Shown: in pieces, positions 55,420 to 63,801 of the stretch
Layout of the letters: each line of letters opens with the position of its first letter
Position numbering within the stretch: position 1 is the stretch's first letter
Virus record (IMG/VR): IMGVR_UViG_3300012953_000028
Span: 1 to 63,801 of that record
Length of the DNA: 63,801 nucleotides
Source of the DNA: a virus
Lineage: Duplodnaviria; Caudoviricetes
Strand: one strand, 5' to 3'
The notes under the pieces: generated by a model
What the model saw: only the letters and a program-made list of their open reading frames with translations
The model's database searches: none
What the model was told of the DNA's origin: nothing
Program-made: the position numbers and the translations under genes

Positions 55420-55626
55420 ATGTTAGCATCTATGAAAGACAGACTGTCCAGAGCAAAAATTTGTCATGAATGTGAGTACTATACAAGATTTACAAAGCAA
55501 TGTAAAGAATGTGGATGCCTAATTAATTTAAAAATATCATTCTCACAAACATCTTGTCCGATTGGCAAATGGAAATCCGTTGAAAGTAATAGTCATAAAA
55601 ATATAATTAGAAATTTTATCTCTTAA
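55420..55626 (+). CDS. Small Cys-rich (DUF6171-like) zinc-binding protein
   Basis: R..IC..C...CKECGC....K......CPIGKW; start at 55420, 5 nt after TAAGTA. Confidence 0.75.
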   Translation: MLASMKDRLSRAKICHECEYYTRFTKQCKECGCLINLKISFSQTSCPIGKWKSVESNSHKNIIRNFIS

Positions 55627-55675
55627 AAAATTTACTTAAACGGTAAATAGCATGAAGAACTATAGGAGATTTATT

Positions 55676-56164
55676 ATGCCTAAATTAAGCACATATGACG
55701 ATAGTGGATACGATACATCTATTAGCATTAAAAGTAAAAGTAAGTTAGCAAAAAGTGATAGCCTAGCAATGGTTGCAGGTGATAACAGAAACGTTGTAAT
55801 AGATGTTGGTGCAAGTCGTGCGGCTACAGACAACGCCGCCGCAGTTACTACCGCTGGAGGTGCAGAAACAACTATGAAAAATACCAATGAAAATTGGGTA
55901 AACAGTAAATGGCGACCTATGATGGGTTGGGTTTACATGGGAACATGTATTTTTGATTTTATATTAGCACCAATTGGATGGGGAATATTACAGACATTAG
56001 GATCAGGTTCCGGAGGACAAGTAGCGGTACAATGGTCTCCACTAACATTACAAGGAGCCGGCCTTTACCATGTTGCAATGGGCGCCGTGATTGGTGTAAC
56101 AGCCTTTGGTAGAACCAAAGAAAAAACACAAAAGAACGAATCAGCCTTAGGAAAACTAAAGTAA
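55676..56164 (+). CDS. Holin, GTA 3TM-type
   Basis: WRPMMGW.Y......DF...P, W.PLTL...GL.H..MGAV.G..A.GRT.EK; AGGAG SD favours ATG 55676. Confidence 0.75.
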   Translation: MPKLSTYDDSGYDTSISIKSKSKLAKSDSLAMVAGDNRNVVIDVGASRAATDNAAAVTTAGGAETTMKNTNENWVNSKWRPMMGWVYMGTCIFDFILAPIGWGILQTLGSGSGGQVAVQWSPLTLQGAGLYHVAMGAVIGVTAFGRTKEKTQKNESALGKLK

Positions 56165-56165
56165 G

Positions 56166-58199
56166 ATGGCAATCAAAACTAATCAAACCACGGACACACT
56201 AACTCCGAGTACAGGTACTATAATAGTAAACTCTACCGGAGCATTAGAAGTACCTACAGGTAATACACTACAAAGACCAGTAACACCTGGAGCTGGTGCC
56301 TTACGTTTTGATTCTAATTCATCAACATTAGATATATTTGACGGAGCGGCCTGGAGTGCATTGGTTTCTTTATCATATGTTGATACTACTGCTACAAACC
56401 TACAGTCACAAATTGATAATATTGTTAGTAATCTTGATCCAGCAACATTAGATTCTTTAACAGAAATTGTTGCCGCCTTTCAAAGTGAAGATAACACATT
56501 ACTTTCTTTAATTAATACTGCTAATACAAATATTACTCAATTACAATCAGACTTAACACAAGAAATTAGTAATAGACAGTTTGCAGATACTTTAGCAACT
56601 AACGCAAGAGCCGCAGAAGTTACTAATAGGACCAATGCTGATACATTATTACAAACTAATATTACAGCAGAAGAAACTGCTCGTATAGCACAAGATAATG
56701 CAATAGCACTAGATATTCAACAAGAAACAGCAGACAGACAAACTGCTATATCAACTTTAGATACTGCAATTACTAATGAAGAGACTGCCCGTATAGCGTC
56801 CGATGCAACTCATACCGCTAACATTACGGCACTATCCGGAGATATAAATCAAGAAATACTAGATAGGCAAAATGCAATTACTACTGAAGCCAATGCTCGT
56901 ATTGCCGGCGATGCCGCAAACGGTGCTGACATTAGCACATTAACAACAAATTTAGCAACAGAAGTAACAGACAGGACAAATGCTGATACGGCTTTACAAA
57001 ATAGTATTAATAGTAATAGCCTAAGTATATTACAAGAAATACAAGACAGAGGCGCCGCCGATACATTATTACAAACTAATATTGATACAGAAATAATTGA
57101 TAGAACAAATGCCGATACAACCTTACAAACTAATATTGATACAGAAGAAACAGATAGAATAGCCGCTGATGCAGTATTACAAACAAATATTGATAGTAAC
57201 GGTTTAAGTATATTACAAGAAATACAAGATAGAGGTGCCGCTGATACTGTATTACAAACTAATATTGATACAGAAGAAACTGCTCGTATTGCAGGAGATG
57301 CAGGATTACAAACAACTATTGATAATCTAGCATTAGACGATCTAACTGATGTAACTAATACATCTCCAACTGATGGTCAGCTATTTGCTTATGACGGAAC
57401 ACTTGGCGATTATAGACCACAGACAGTAGCACTTGCTCCTGTTAATAAAAATTATGTTGGTGACGGAACAACTTTACAATTTGATTTAGGACAAGATGTT
57501 CCAAGTCCAAACAATCTTGTGGTTGTAGTTGACGGAATTGCACAGAAGCCTTTGTATAGTTATGTTGTTACTAATGGTGACAAACTAGTATTTGACGAAG
57601 CACCTGAAAGCGGATCTATAATTGAAGTAAGAATACTAGTTGGACAACTTACAACAGATAGACCAAGACCTAAAATTTCAAATATTGCATATTCAGAAAC
57701 TGCCGCACCAGTGTTTAACCTTATTACATTTAATGTAACTGAAATGACATACGGTATGGGTGCTAAGATAGGAGATGTTCCTATTGCACATATTGAATAT
57801 CCAACCGCTGGATCTATGCAATTAAAAACTGCTGAAACGTTTACAGGCAACCAATCTATAACGTTAATTGATAACAGCGGAAACGAATTTGTCTTTGAGG
57901 ATGCGTTTGCTGAACCTGACGGAACATCCAACCCTCTCTGGACAGATGCAACAAAATTTATTGGCACTTTTAGTAGTGGAGACACTATTAATTTTCCAAT
58001 AGGAGTAAATAGCACGTCAACATTGACACTGGGAGCAACATCGGCCCAGGAAACCACACCGACTTGGTTGTCGATTAGTGGTTTAACTCTTGTAGGAACT
58101 GCACCAACATTGAGCAGTCCTTGCAGATACGAGTTTCAGATAATTGCAACTATAGGCAGTAAGAGCATATCTCGTAACTACTGGCTTGTTGTAATTTAA
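56166..58199 (+). CDS. Fibre/whisker-like structural protein with coiled-coil repeats and C-terminal Ig-like domains
   Basis: P.G.T.QRP...G..RF start; LD.L.EI..A; about 13 E-x3-R-x2-AD-x2-LQ repeats; GDG....F...V.VDG..Q.P. Confidence 0.75.
   Translation: MAIKTNQTTDTLTPSTGTIIVNSTGALEVPTGNTLQRPVTPGAGALRFDSNSSTLDIFDGAAWSALVSLSYVDTTATNLQSQIDNIVSNLDPATLDSLTEIVAAFQSEDNTLLSLINTANTNITQLQSDLTQEISNRQFADTLATNARAAEVTNRTNADTLLQTNITAEETARIAQDNAIALDIQQETADRQTAISTLDTAITNEETARIASDATHTANITALSGDINQEILDRQNAITTEANARIAGDAANGADISTLTTNLATEVTDRTNADTALQNSINSNSLSILQEIQDRGAADTLLQTNIDTEIIDRTNADTTLQTNIDTEETDRIAADAVLQTNIDSNGLSILQEIQDRGAADTVLQTNIDTEETARIAGDAGLQTTIDNLALDDLTDVTNTSPTDGQLFAYDGTLGDYRPQTVALAPVNKNYVGDGTTLQFDLGQDVPSPNNLVVVVDGIAQKPLYSYVVTNGDKLVFDEAPESGSIIEVRILVGQLTTDRPRPKISNIAYSETAAPVFNLITFNVTEMTYGMGAKIGDVPIAHIEYPTAGSMQLKTAETFTGNQSITLIDNSGNEFVFEDAFAEPDGTSNPLWTDATKFIGTFSSGDTINFPIGVNSTSTLTLGATSAQETTPTWLSISGLTLVGTAPTLSSPCRYEFQIIATIGSKSISRNYWLVVI
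56560..57320 (+). repeat. Coding coiled-coil repeats (11/18-aa period)
   Basis: Recurrent TTACAAACTAATATTGATACAGAAGAAAC-like units. Confidence 0.8.
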
Positions 58200-58349
58200 A
58201 AACCCATCATATAACGGAAAAAATTTTCCTATACTTTCCTGGTTAAGGCCCTTTAAAACCTAAACATGATTTATTTTAAATAATTTAAATCTAAGCAATA
58301 ATATAATGGCACATGAGTGTCATTTCTTAACAATAAGGAAAAGAAAAAC

Positions 58350-61300
58350 ATGCCTTTAATTAAAGCACGTTCGAGTTCGTTGATTAACTCGATTGATTTA
58401 AGAGGTACTCCGACAGCCCCAACTGCCGCCGCTGGAACAGCTACTACTCAGCTCGCGTCAACTGGCTTCGTGACAACAGAGATTACAAACTTAATTGATT
58501 CCGCACCTGCTCTTCTAGATACATTAGACGAACTAGCCGCGGCGATTGGTGATGACGCTAGTTTCTCTACCACGATGACAACTGCCTTAGCGGAGAAGGT
58601 TGCATTAGCAGGTGGAACAATGACTGGAGCATTAGTACTTTCAGGTGCACCAGCCGCTGATCTTGAAGCCGCAACCAAAAAATATGTCGACGACGGCCTA
58701 TTAGCTCAGTTAATTTCTTCTACAGATGATGTTCCTGAAGGTACAAACAACCTTTATTACACAACTGCAAGAGTTAGAGGAGCAATTACATTAACAACAG
58801 ACAATACTTCAGTATTAGATTACGATAGTGCAACTGGTGTTATTACATATGCCCATCCTACAACAGACGGTATATTAGAAGGTTCTAACCTTTATTATAC
58901 TGATACTCGTGCTAGGAGTGCAGTTTCATTAACTTCAGACGATACTACTATTTTATCATATAGTGCTATCACTGGAGCATTTACTTATAATAAAGTAGAT
59001 ACAGACAATGTTGCAGAAGGTGCAGTAAACCTTTATTTTACTACAACAAGAGCAAGAGAAAGTATTAGTGCTGGTACTAATATTAGCTATAACTCAGGAA
59101 CTGGTGTTATTTCATCAGATGCCGCGGTTATTAGTGTTAATGGAGCCGATGGTGTTGTTGTTATAGGAACTGATGATGTAGATGAAGGTACAAGTAACCT
59201 CTATTACACAGATACTAGAGCAAGAAATGCTATTACCTTAACAAGTTCTGATACAAATACACTATCTTATAGTGCTGGAACTGGTGCATTTACATATACA
59301 AAACCAGATTCAGATGGTATTGCAGAAGGTACAGTTAATTTATACTTCACTGATGCTAGAGCAAGAGCCGCTATTAGTGCAACTGGTGATGTAGCTTATA
59401 ACTCTACAACTGGTGAAATTACATTTAATATGTCTGACCATGATACTGATGATTTAGCTGAAGGTGCAACTAACTTGTACTACACAGATGCTAGAGCAAG
59501 AAGTTCAATTTCTGCTGGTGGTGACTTAGCATATAACTCTACAACTGGTGTTATGTCCTACTCAACTCCAACAACAGATGGTATCACAGAAGGTGTATTA
59601 AATCTTTACTACACAGATGCTAGAGCAAGAGCTTCTATTAGTAAAAGTGGTGATTTAACATATGATGCCGGAACTGGTACTATGGGTTATGTAACTCCAG
59701 ATTCCGACGGAATTGTAGAAGGTGCAGTAAACCTTTACTACACAGATGCTAGAGCAAGAGCTTCTTTAGTTAAAAGTGGTGATATAACATATGATTCTGG
59801 AACTGGTACTATTGGTTTTGCATTAGCAGATCATTCAACTACTGATTTATCTGAAGGTTCTAACCTTTATTATACAGATGCAAGAGCAAGAGCCGCTATT
59901 TCAGTTTCTGGAACAGCATTAACATATAACGCCACAACTGGTGTTCTTGGTACTAACGCATTAGTTTCAAGTGTTAATACTAAGACAGGTGCTGTTACTC
60001 TTACTACTGATGATATTGGTGAAGGTACAACTAACCTTTATTACACAGATGGTAGAGCAAGATCTGCTGTTTCACTAACTTCAGACGATACTACTGTTAT
60101 GTCTTATGCTAGTGGGTCTGGTGTGTTTACATATGCCAAGCCTAACACAGATAAGATTGCAGAAGGTTCTGTTAACTTATACTTTACTGATGCTAGAGTA
60201 AGAGCCGCTATTTCTGAAGGAACAGGTGTAACAATTACAGCCGGAGAAATTGCTATTGGACAGGCTGTTGGTGTTACAGACAACGTAACTTTTGGTGACG
60301 TTGTTGTTAATGGTGACTTTACTGTTAACGGTACAACAACTACAGTTAATACAGCAACATTAGATGTTGAAGATATTAACATCACAGTAGCTTCGGGTGC
60401 CGCAACTGCCGCCGCCGCTGATGGCGCTGGTCTAACAGTAGCAGGTGCCGCGGCAACAATCTTGTATGCTTCGGGTACTGACACTTGGGACTTTAACAAA
60501 ACTGTTAAAGGAACATTTGAAGGTGGTTTAACTGGTGATGTTGTTGGTGACTTAACTGGTGATGTAACTGGTACAGTTTCAGACATTAGTAATCACGACA
60601 CAGATGCATTAGCTGAAGGTGCCGCTAACTTCTACTTTACAGATGCTAGAGCAAGAGCCGCTATTTCTGTAAACTCAACTGAACTAGCATATGATAGTGC
60701 AACTGGTATTATTACATATACACAAGGTAATACTGATGGTGTAGCTGAAGGTACAAATAACTTGTACTACACAGATACTAGAGTAAGAAGTGCTATTTCT
60801 GTATCAGGTAACATGACTTATAATTCTACAACAGGAGTTATTGGTTTTGCATTAGCAGATCATACAACAACTGACTTAGCTGAAGGGTCTAATCTTTACT
60901 ATACAGATGTTAGAGCAAGAGCCGCTATTAGTAAAGGTGGTGATTTAGCATATGATAGTGCAACTGGTCAAATGTCTTATACAACTCCAGATACTGACGG
61001 AATTGTAGAAGGTACAAATAACTTGTACTACACAGATGCTCGTGTTAGAGCCGCAATTAGCGGATCTGGCGACATTGTTTATGATAGTGCGACAGGTGAC
61101 TTTGCCTACTCAACTCCAACTACAGACGGAGTTACAGAAGGTACAACTAACTTGTATTTCACCAATGCAAGAGCAAGACTAGCAGTAAGTGCAACTGGTG
61201 ATTTAGCATATGATAGTGCAACTGGTATCATTAATTTTGCAATGTCAGATCACGATACAGATGATCTTGCTGAAGGTACAATTAATCAGTACTACACTGA

Positions 61301-62174
61301 TGCAAGAGTACACGCCGCAATTTCGTTAACATCAGACGATCAAGATATTATGTCTTATGATAATGCTGGAGGATTTACATTCTCTATCGGATCCATGGAT
61401 ACTGATGATGTTACAGAAGGTGTATCAAATCTATACTTTACTACAACAAGAGCAAGAGCTTCTGTAAGTGCTGGTTCTAACATTAACTATGATAGTGCAA
61501 CTGGTGTTATTTCAACAGATGCCGCAGTACATAGTGTTAATGGAGCAACCGGTGTTGTTGTTATCGGAACTGATGATGTAGACGAAGGCTCAAGTAATCT
61601 TTATTATACTGATGCAAGAGCTCAAGCCGCAATTACAATGGTTTCTGATGATACTTCAATTTTAAGTTATACAGCAGGTACAGGTACAATATCTTATACA
61701 ACTCCAGATACTGATGCTATTACTGAAGGTGCTGTAAACCAATACTTTACCAACGCAAGAGCTGATGCTCGTATTGCCGCGGCAAGTATTAATGACTTAT
61801 CTGATGTTGATACAACAGGTGCCGCTGATGGTTTTGCCCTTATTTGGGACGCCGCAAATCAGAAGTATGTAACTAACGACTTGTCAACAACAACAACTGC
61901 CGCTAACTTTACTGCTAACGGTACAGATACAGACTTTGTTTTAACTAGTGTTGTAGTTGAATCAATTGAAAATACTACAGTATTCATTAACGGTATTTTC
62001 CAAGCACCAACATATTCATATACTATTTCAAATGATGGTACAGATACAACTATCGCATTTGATGCCGCTCCAGAAGCTAACGACATTATTACTGTTCGTT
62101 ATATTACTGGTGGTACATTAAATAGTTCTGGATTGATTAACGAAGACTCAACAATTGATGGTGGTACTTATTAA
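58350..62174 (+). CDS. Long repeat-built tail fibre-like structural protein
   Basis: GTPTAPTA..G..TTQLAST.FV, AP..LDTL.ELAAA; 20 copies of TD.L.EG..NLY(Y/F)T..RAR; AAGGA SD favours ATG 58350. Confidence 0.8.
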   Translation: MPLIKARSSSLINSIDLRGTPTAPTAAAGTATTQLASTGFVTTEITNLIDSAPALLDTLDELAAAIGDDASFSTTMTTALAEKVALAGGTMTGALVLSGAPAADLEAATKKYVDDGLLAQLISSTDDVPEGTNNLYYTTARVRGAITLTTDNTSVLDYDSATGVITYAHPTTDGILEGSNLYYTDTRARSAVSLTSDDTTILSYSAITGAFTYNKVDTDNVAEGAVNLYFTTTRARESISAGTNISYNSGTGVISSDAAVISVNGADGVVVIGTDDVDEGTSNLYYTDTRARNAITLTSSDTNTLSYSAGTGAFTYTKPDSDGIAEGTVNLYFTDARARAAISATGDVAYNSTTGEITFNMSDHDTDDLAEGATNLYYTDARARSSISAGGDLAYNSTTGVMSYSTPTTDGITEGVLNLYYTDARARASISKSGDLTYDAGTGTMGYVTPDSDGIVEGAVNLYYTDARARASLVKSGDITYDSGTGTIGFALADHSTTDLSEGSNLYYTDARARAAISVSGTALTYNATTGVLGTNALVSSVNTKTGAVTLTTDDIGEGTTNLYYTDGRARSAVSLTSDDTTVMSYASGSGVFTYAKPNTDKIAEGSVNLYFTDARVRAAISEGTGVTITAGEIAIGQAVGVTDNVTFGDVVVNGDFTVNGTTTTVNTATLDVEDINITVASGAATAAAADGAGLTVAGAAATILYASGTDTWDFNKTVKGTFEGGLTGDVVGDLTGDVTGTVSDISNHDTDALAEGAANFYFTDARARAAISVNSTELAYDSATGIITYTQGNTDGVAEGTNNLYYTDTRVRSAISVSGNMTYNSTTGVIGFALADHTTTDLAEGSNLYYTDVRARAAISKGGDLAYDSATGQMSYTTPDTDGIVEGTNNLYYTDARVRAAISGSGDIVYDSATGDFAYSTPTTDGVTEGTTNLYFTNARARLAVSATGDLAYDSATGIINFAMSDHDTDDLAEGTINQYYTDARVHAAISLTSDDQDIMSYDNAGGFTFSIGSMDTDDVTEGVSNLYFTTTRARASVSAGSNINYDSATGVISTDAAVHSVNGATGVVVIGTDDVDEGSSNLYYTDARAQAAITMVSDDTSILSYTAGTGTISYTTPDTDAITEGAVNQYFTNARADARIAAASINDLSDVDTTGAADGFALIWDAANQKYVTNDLSTTTTAANFTANGTDTDFVLTSVVVESIENTTVFINGIFQAPTYSYTISNDGTDTTIAFDAAPEANDIITVRYITGGTLNSSGLINEDSTIDGGTY
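58720..61780 (+). repeat. 20 coding repeats of ~39-53 aa in two blocks (11 + 9)
   Basis: Hand count of EG-x1-2-N(L/Q/F)Y motifs; DNA core GAAGGT...TACAC(A/T)GATGC.AGAGCAAGA. Confidence 0.85.
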
Positions 62175-62198
62175 TCATTAATTAGAGTTAGATTTATT

Positions 62199-62228
62199 GA
62201 ATAAGGGGCTTTAAGCCCCTTATTCTTT
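62199..62228 (+). terminator. Intrinsic terminator
   Basis: GAATAAGGGGCT-TTA-AGCCCCTTATTC followed by TTT. Confidence 0.8.
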
Positions 62229-62295
62229 GACAAATTAATCGCCGAAAGACATAAATACCTTGTAAACTGATAAACATATCAAAAAGGATAAATGC

Positions 62296-63723
62296 ATGCC
62301 GCTTTTTAGAGGTCAACTAAAGCATATACGGGGTCTTACGGACTATAAAGATAGTGTTCTTGTAGCCTCTACAAATAATGTTGGAATAACTTCAACTATA
62401 TCTTCTGTTGATGGTGTTACCTTGTCGTCTGGCGATAGAATACTATTGACAGGGCAAACAGCAACAAGTGAAAATGGAATTTATACAAGCCAAACAGATG
62501 GAACAATAGCAAGGGCATTTGATGCAGATAGTACTGAAGAATTCTCATCTGGAATGACTGTTTATGTTGAGCAGGGAACAAGTAATAGTAAAAGTACTTG
62601 GCTCTTAACAACAACAGGAGAAATTGTTTTAGGTACACATTCTCTTCAGTTTCAAAAACAATCACAAATACATGATTCCCTTGAAGGAACATACGGAGGT
62701 GCTACTAAATCTCTAACATTAGGAGTACAAAAAAATGGTGTTATTACTACTGTAACTGAAAATACATTAGATTCAGACAATGTCAATGAAGGCTCGTCTA
62801 ATCTGTATCATACAACTGCCAGGGCTAGAGCTTCTATATCTGCCGCAGGAACTAATTTAAGTTATAATACTAATAATGGTGTTATGTCTTTTAGTTCTGC
62901 AAGTTTAACACCTGGTACTGGAATATCTGGAAGTAATTTTGATACATCAACAAACAGAACATTTGAGATTGATACTTCGGTAGTGCCAACGTTAAGTTCT
63001 GGTGTTTCTGTTTTTACAAATGATGCTGGTTATATTACAGATTATACAGTTACAGAGTCAGATGTAACAACTCACCAAGCGGCTTTAAGTATTACAGAAA
63101 GCCAAATTAGTGATTTATCAAGTTATATTACAGCTAGTTCAACTGACACGTTAACTAATAAATCAGGAAACGTATCTATGTTTACAAATGATGCTGGATA
63201 CTTAACATCAACTAGTACTGCCGCCCGTGCCAGCGAGGTGTATGTTGACGAAAGTGAAGATGATAATACCAATTATAATGTAGCATTTCTAGATGTAGCA
63301 GGAGCTGGTAATGGTCACAAAGTTATGCAAGTAGACAACGGAGGATTAACATTTAATCCTTATACTAATACATTAACAGTACAAAGAATATCTTCTAATA
63401 GTAATTCAACTATGTCAACTCTTGTAGTTAGTACTTCGCTTACTAGTAATAATAATACCTATCTTTATGGTTCCAATACTTATTTAGGTAGTGATTCATC
63501 AGATAATATACATATCGCCGGTAGTGTTCAAACAGACGTTCTGCCTGCATTAGATGGTTCTCGTAGCTTAGGAGAAAGTGCCCATCGTTGGGACACAGTT
63601 TATACTGAAAAGATTGCTACCTCTAGTGGAAGTGTTACAATACCAGCAGTTACAGGAACCTTGTCTGTAGTTGATGCAACAGAAACCTTAGATAACAAGA
63701 GCATAGACGGTGGTTCTTTCTAA
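62296..63723 (+). CDS. Tail fibre/structural protein
   Basis: DGVTL..GDRILL..QT..SENGIY...RA.D; one EG.SNLY repeat; two FTNDAGY motifs; ends in IDGG.F like the previous gene; ATAAATA at 62251. Confidence 0.75.
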   Translation: MPLFRGQLKHIRGLTDYKDSVLVASTNNVGITSTISSVDGVTLSSGDRILLTGQTATSENGIYTSQTDGTIARAFDADSTEEFSSGMTVYVEQGTSNSKSTWLLTTTGEIVLGTHSLQFQKQSQIHDSLEGTYGGATKSLTLGVQKNGVITTVTENTLDSDNVNEGSSNLYHTTARARASISAAGTNLSYNTNNGVMSFSSASLTPGTGISGSNFDTSTNRTFEIDTSVVPTLSSGVSVFTNDAGYITDYTVTESDVTTHQAALSITESQISDLSSYITASSTDTLTNKSGNVSMFTNDAGYLTSTSTAARASEVYVDESEDDNTNYNVAFLDVAGAGNGHKVMQVDNGGLTFNPYTNTLTVQRISSNSNSTMSTLVVSTSLTSNNNTYLYGSNTYLGSDSSDNIHIAGSVQTDVLPALDGSRSLGESAHRWDTVYTEKIATSSGSVTIPAVTGTLSVVDATETLDNKSIDGGSF

Positions 63724-63771
63724 AAAATTTTAATTATTGGCTCTTAAAAAACACTCAAATAAAACAAATTG

Positions 63772-63779
63772 TATAAATA
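63772..63779 (+). promoter_or_regulatory. Canonical T4-type late promoter TATAAATA
   Basis: Exact consensus upstream of an ATG at 63798 that is truncated by the window end. Confidence 0.75.
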
Positions 63780-63801
63780 ACTGCGGAACACAAAAGATGA
63801 G

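Noticed and set aside
58720-61780. Regularly spaced DNA repeats resembling a CRISPR array
   Set aside because: Repeats are degenerate at third codon positions, lie in frame in a 1274-aa ORF, and no cas genes are present
46852-62086. Many antisense ORFs (e.g. 48754-49305, 51714-52151, 53457-53993, 57560-58057, 60104-60586)
   Set aside because: Shadow frames opposite well-supported structural genes, caused by codon bias
56166-63723. Diversity-generating retroelement targeting the fibres
   Set aside because: No reverse transcriptase and no TR/VR pair with adenine-specific differences seen
1-63801. Alternative genetic code (stop-codon reassignment)
   Set aside because: The standard code gives near-complete coding density with full-length core genes; TAA, TGA and TAG all end genes at sensible boundaries

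Overview
This is a 63.8-kb, AT-rich segment of a large T4-superfamily myovirus, probably an uncultured jumbo-type phage. It contains five blocks. (1) 0.1-18.4 kb is an accessory enzyme region with four 2OG/Fe(II)-oxygenase-like genes, a fatty-acid hydroxylase and a delta-9-type desaturase, two GATase-less asparagine-synthetase-like ligases, two GNAT-like proteins, ThyX, a SAM methyltransferase, three paralogous GT-A glycosyltransferases and a GT8-like enzyme. (2) 18.4-39.6 kb is a minus-strand baseplate operon: a giant wedge protein, gp6, gp25, gp5 with lysozyme, a hub, gp53, a tube initiator and a HIGH nucleotidyltransferase. (3) 39.7-44.75 kb holds the gp55 late sigma factor, a MazG-like protein, DUF465, gp47/gp46, an Hc1-like protein and a Holliday junction resolvase. 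(4) Next come a ~400-nt ornate structured non-coding element and a gp26-like chaperone pair joined by a predicted -1 frameshift. (5) 46.5-63.7 kb encodes tape measure, portal, protease, scaffold, major capsid, holin and repeat-rich fibre proteins. The main leads are a candidate novel large ncRNA (44780-45165), a late-expressed tailoring system that may modify the virion or envelope, a lambda G/GT-type frameshift in a T4-like gp26 locus, leaderless late transcripts and strong GCWGC avoidance. All calls come from manual motif recognition; no database searches were run.
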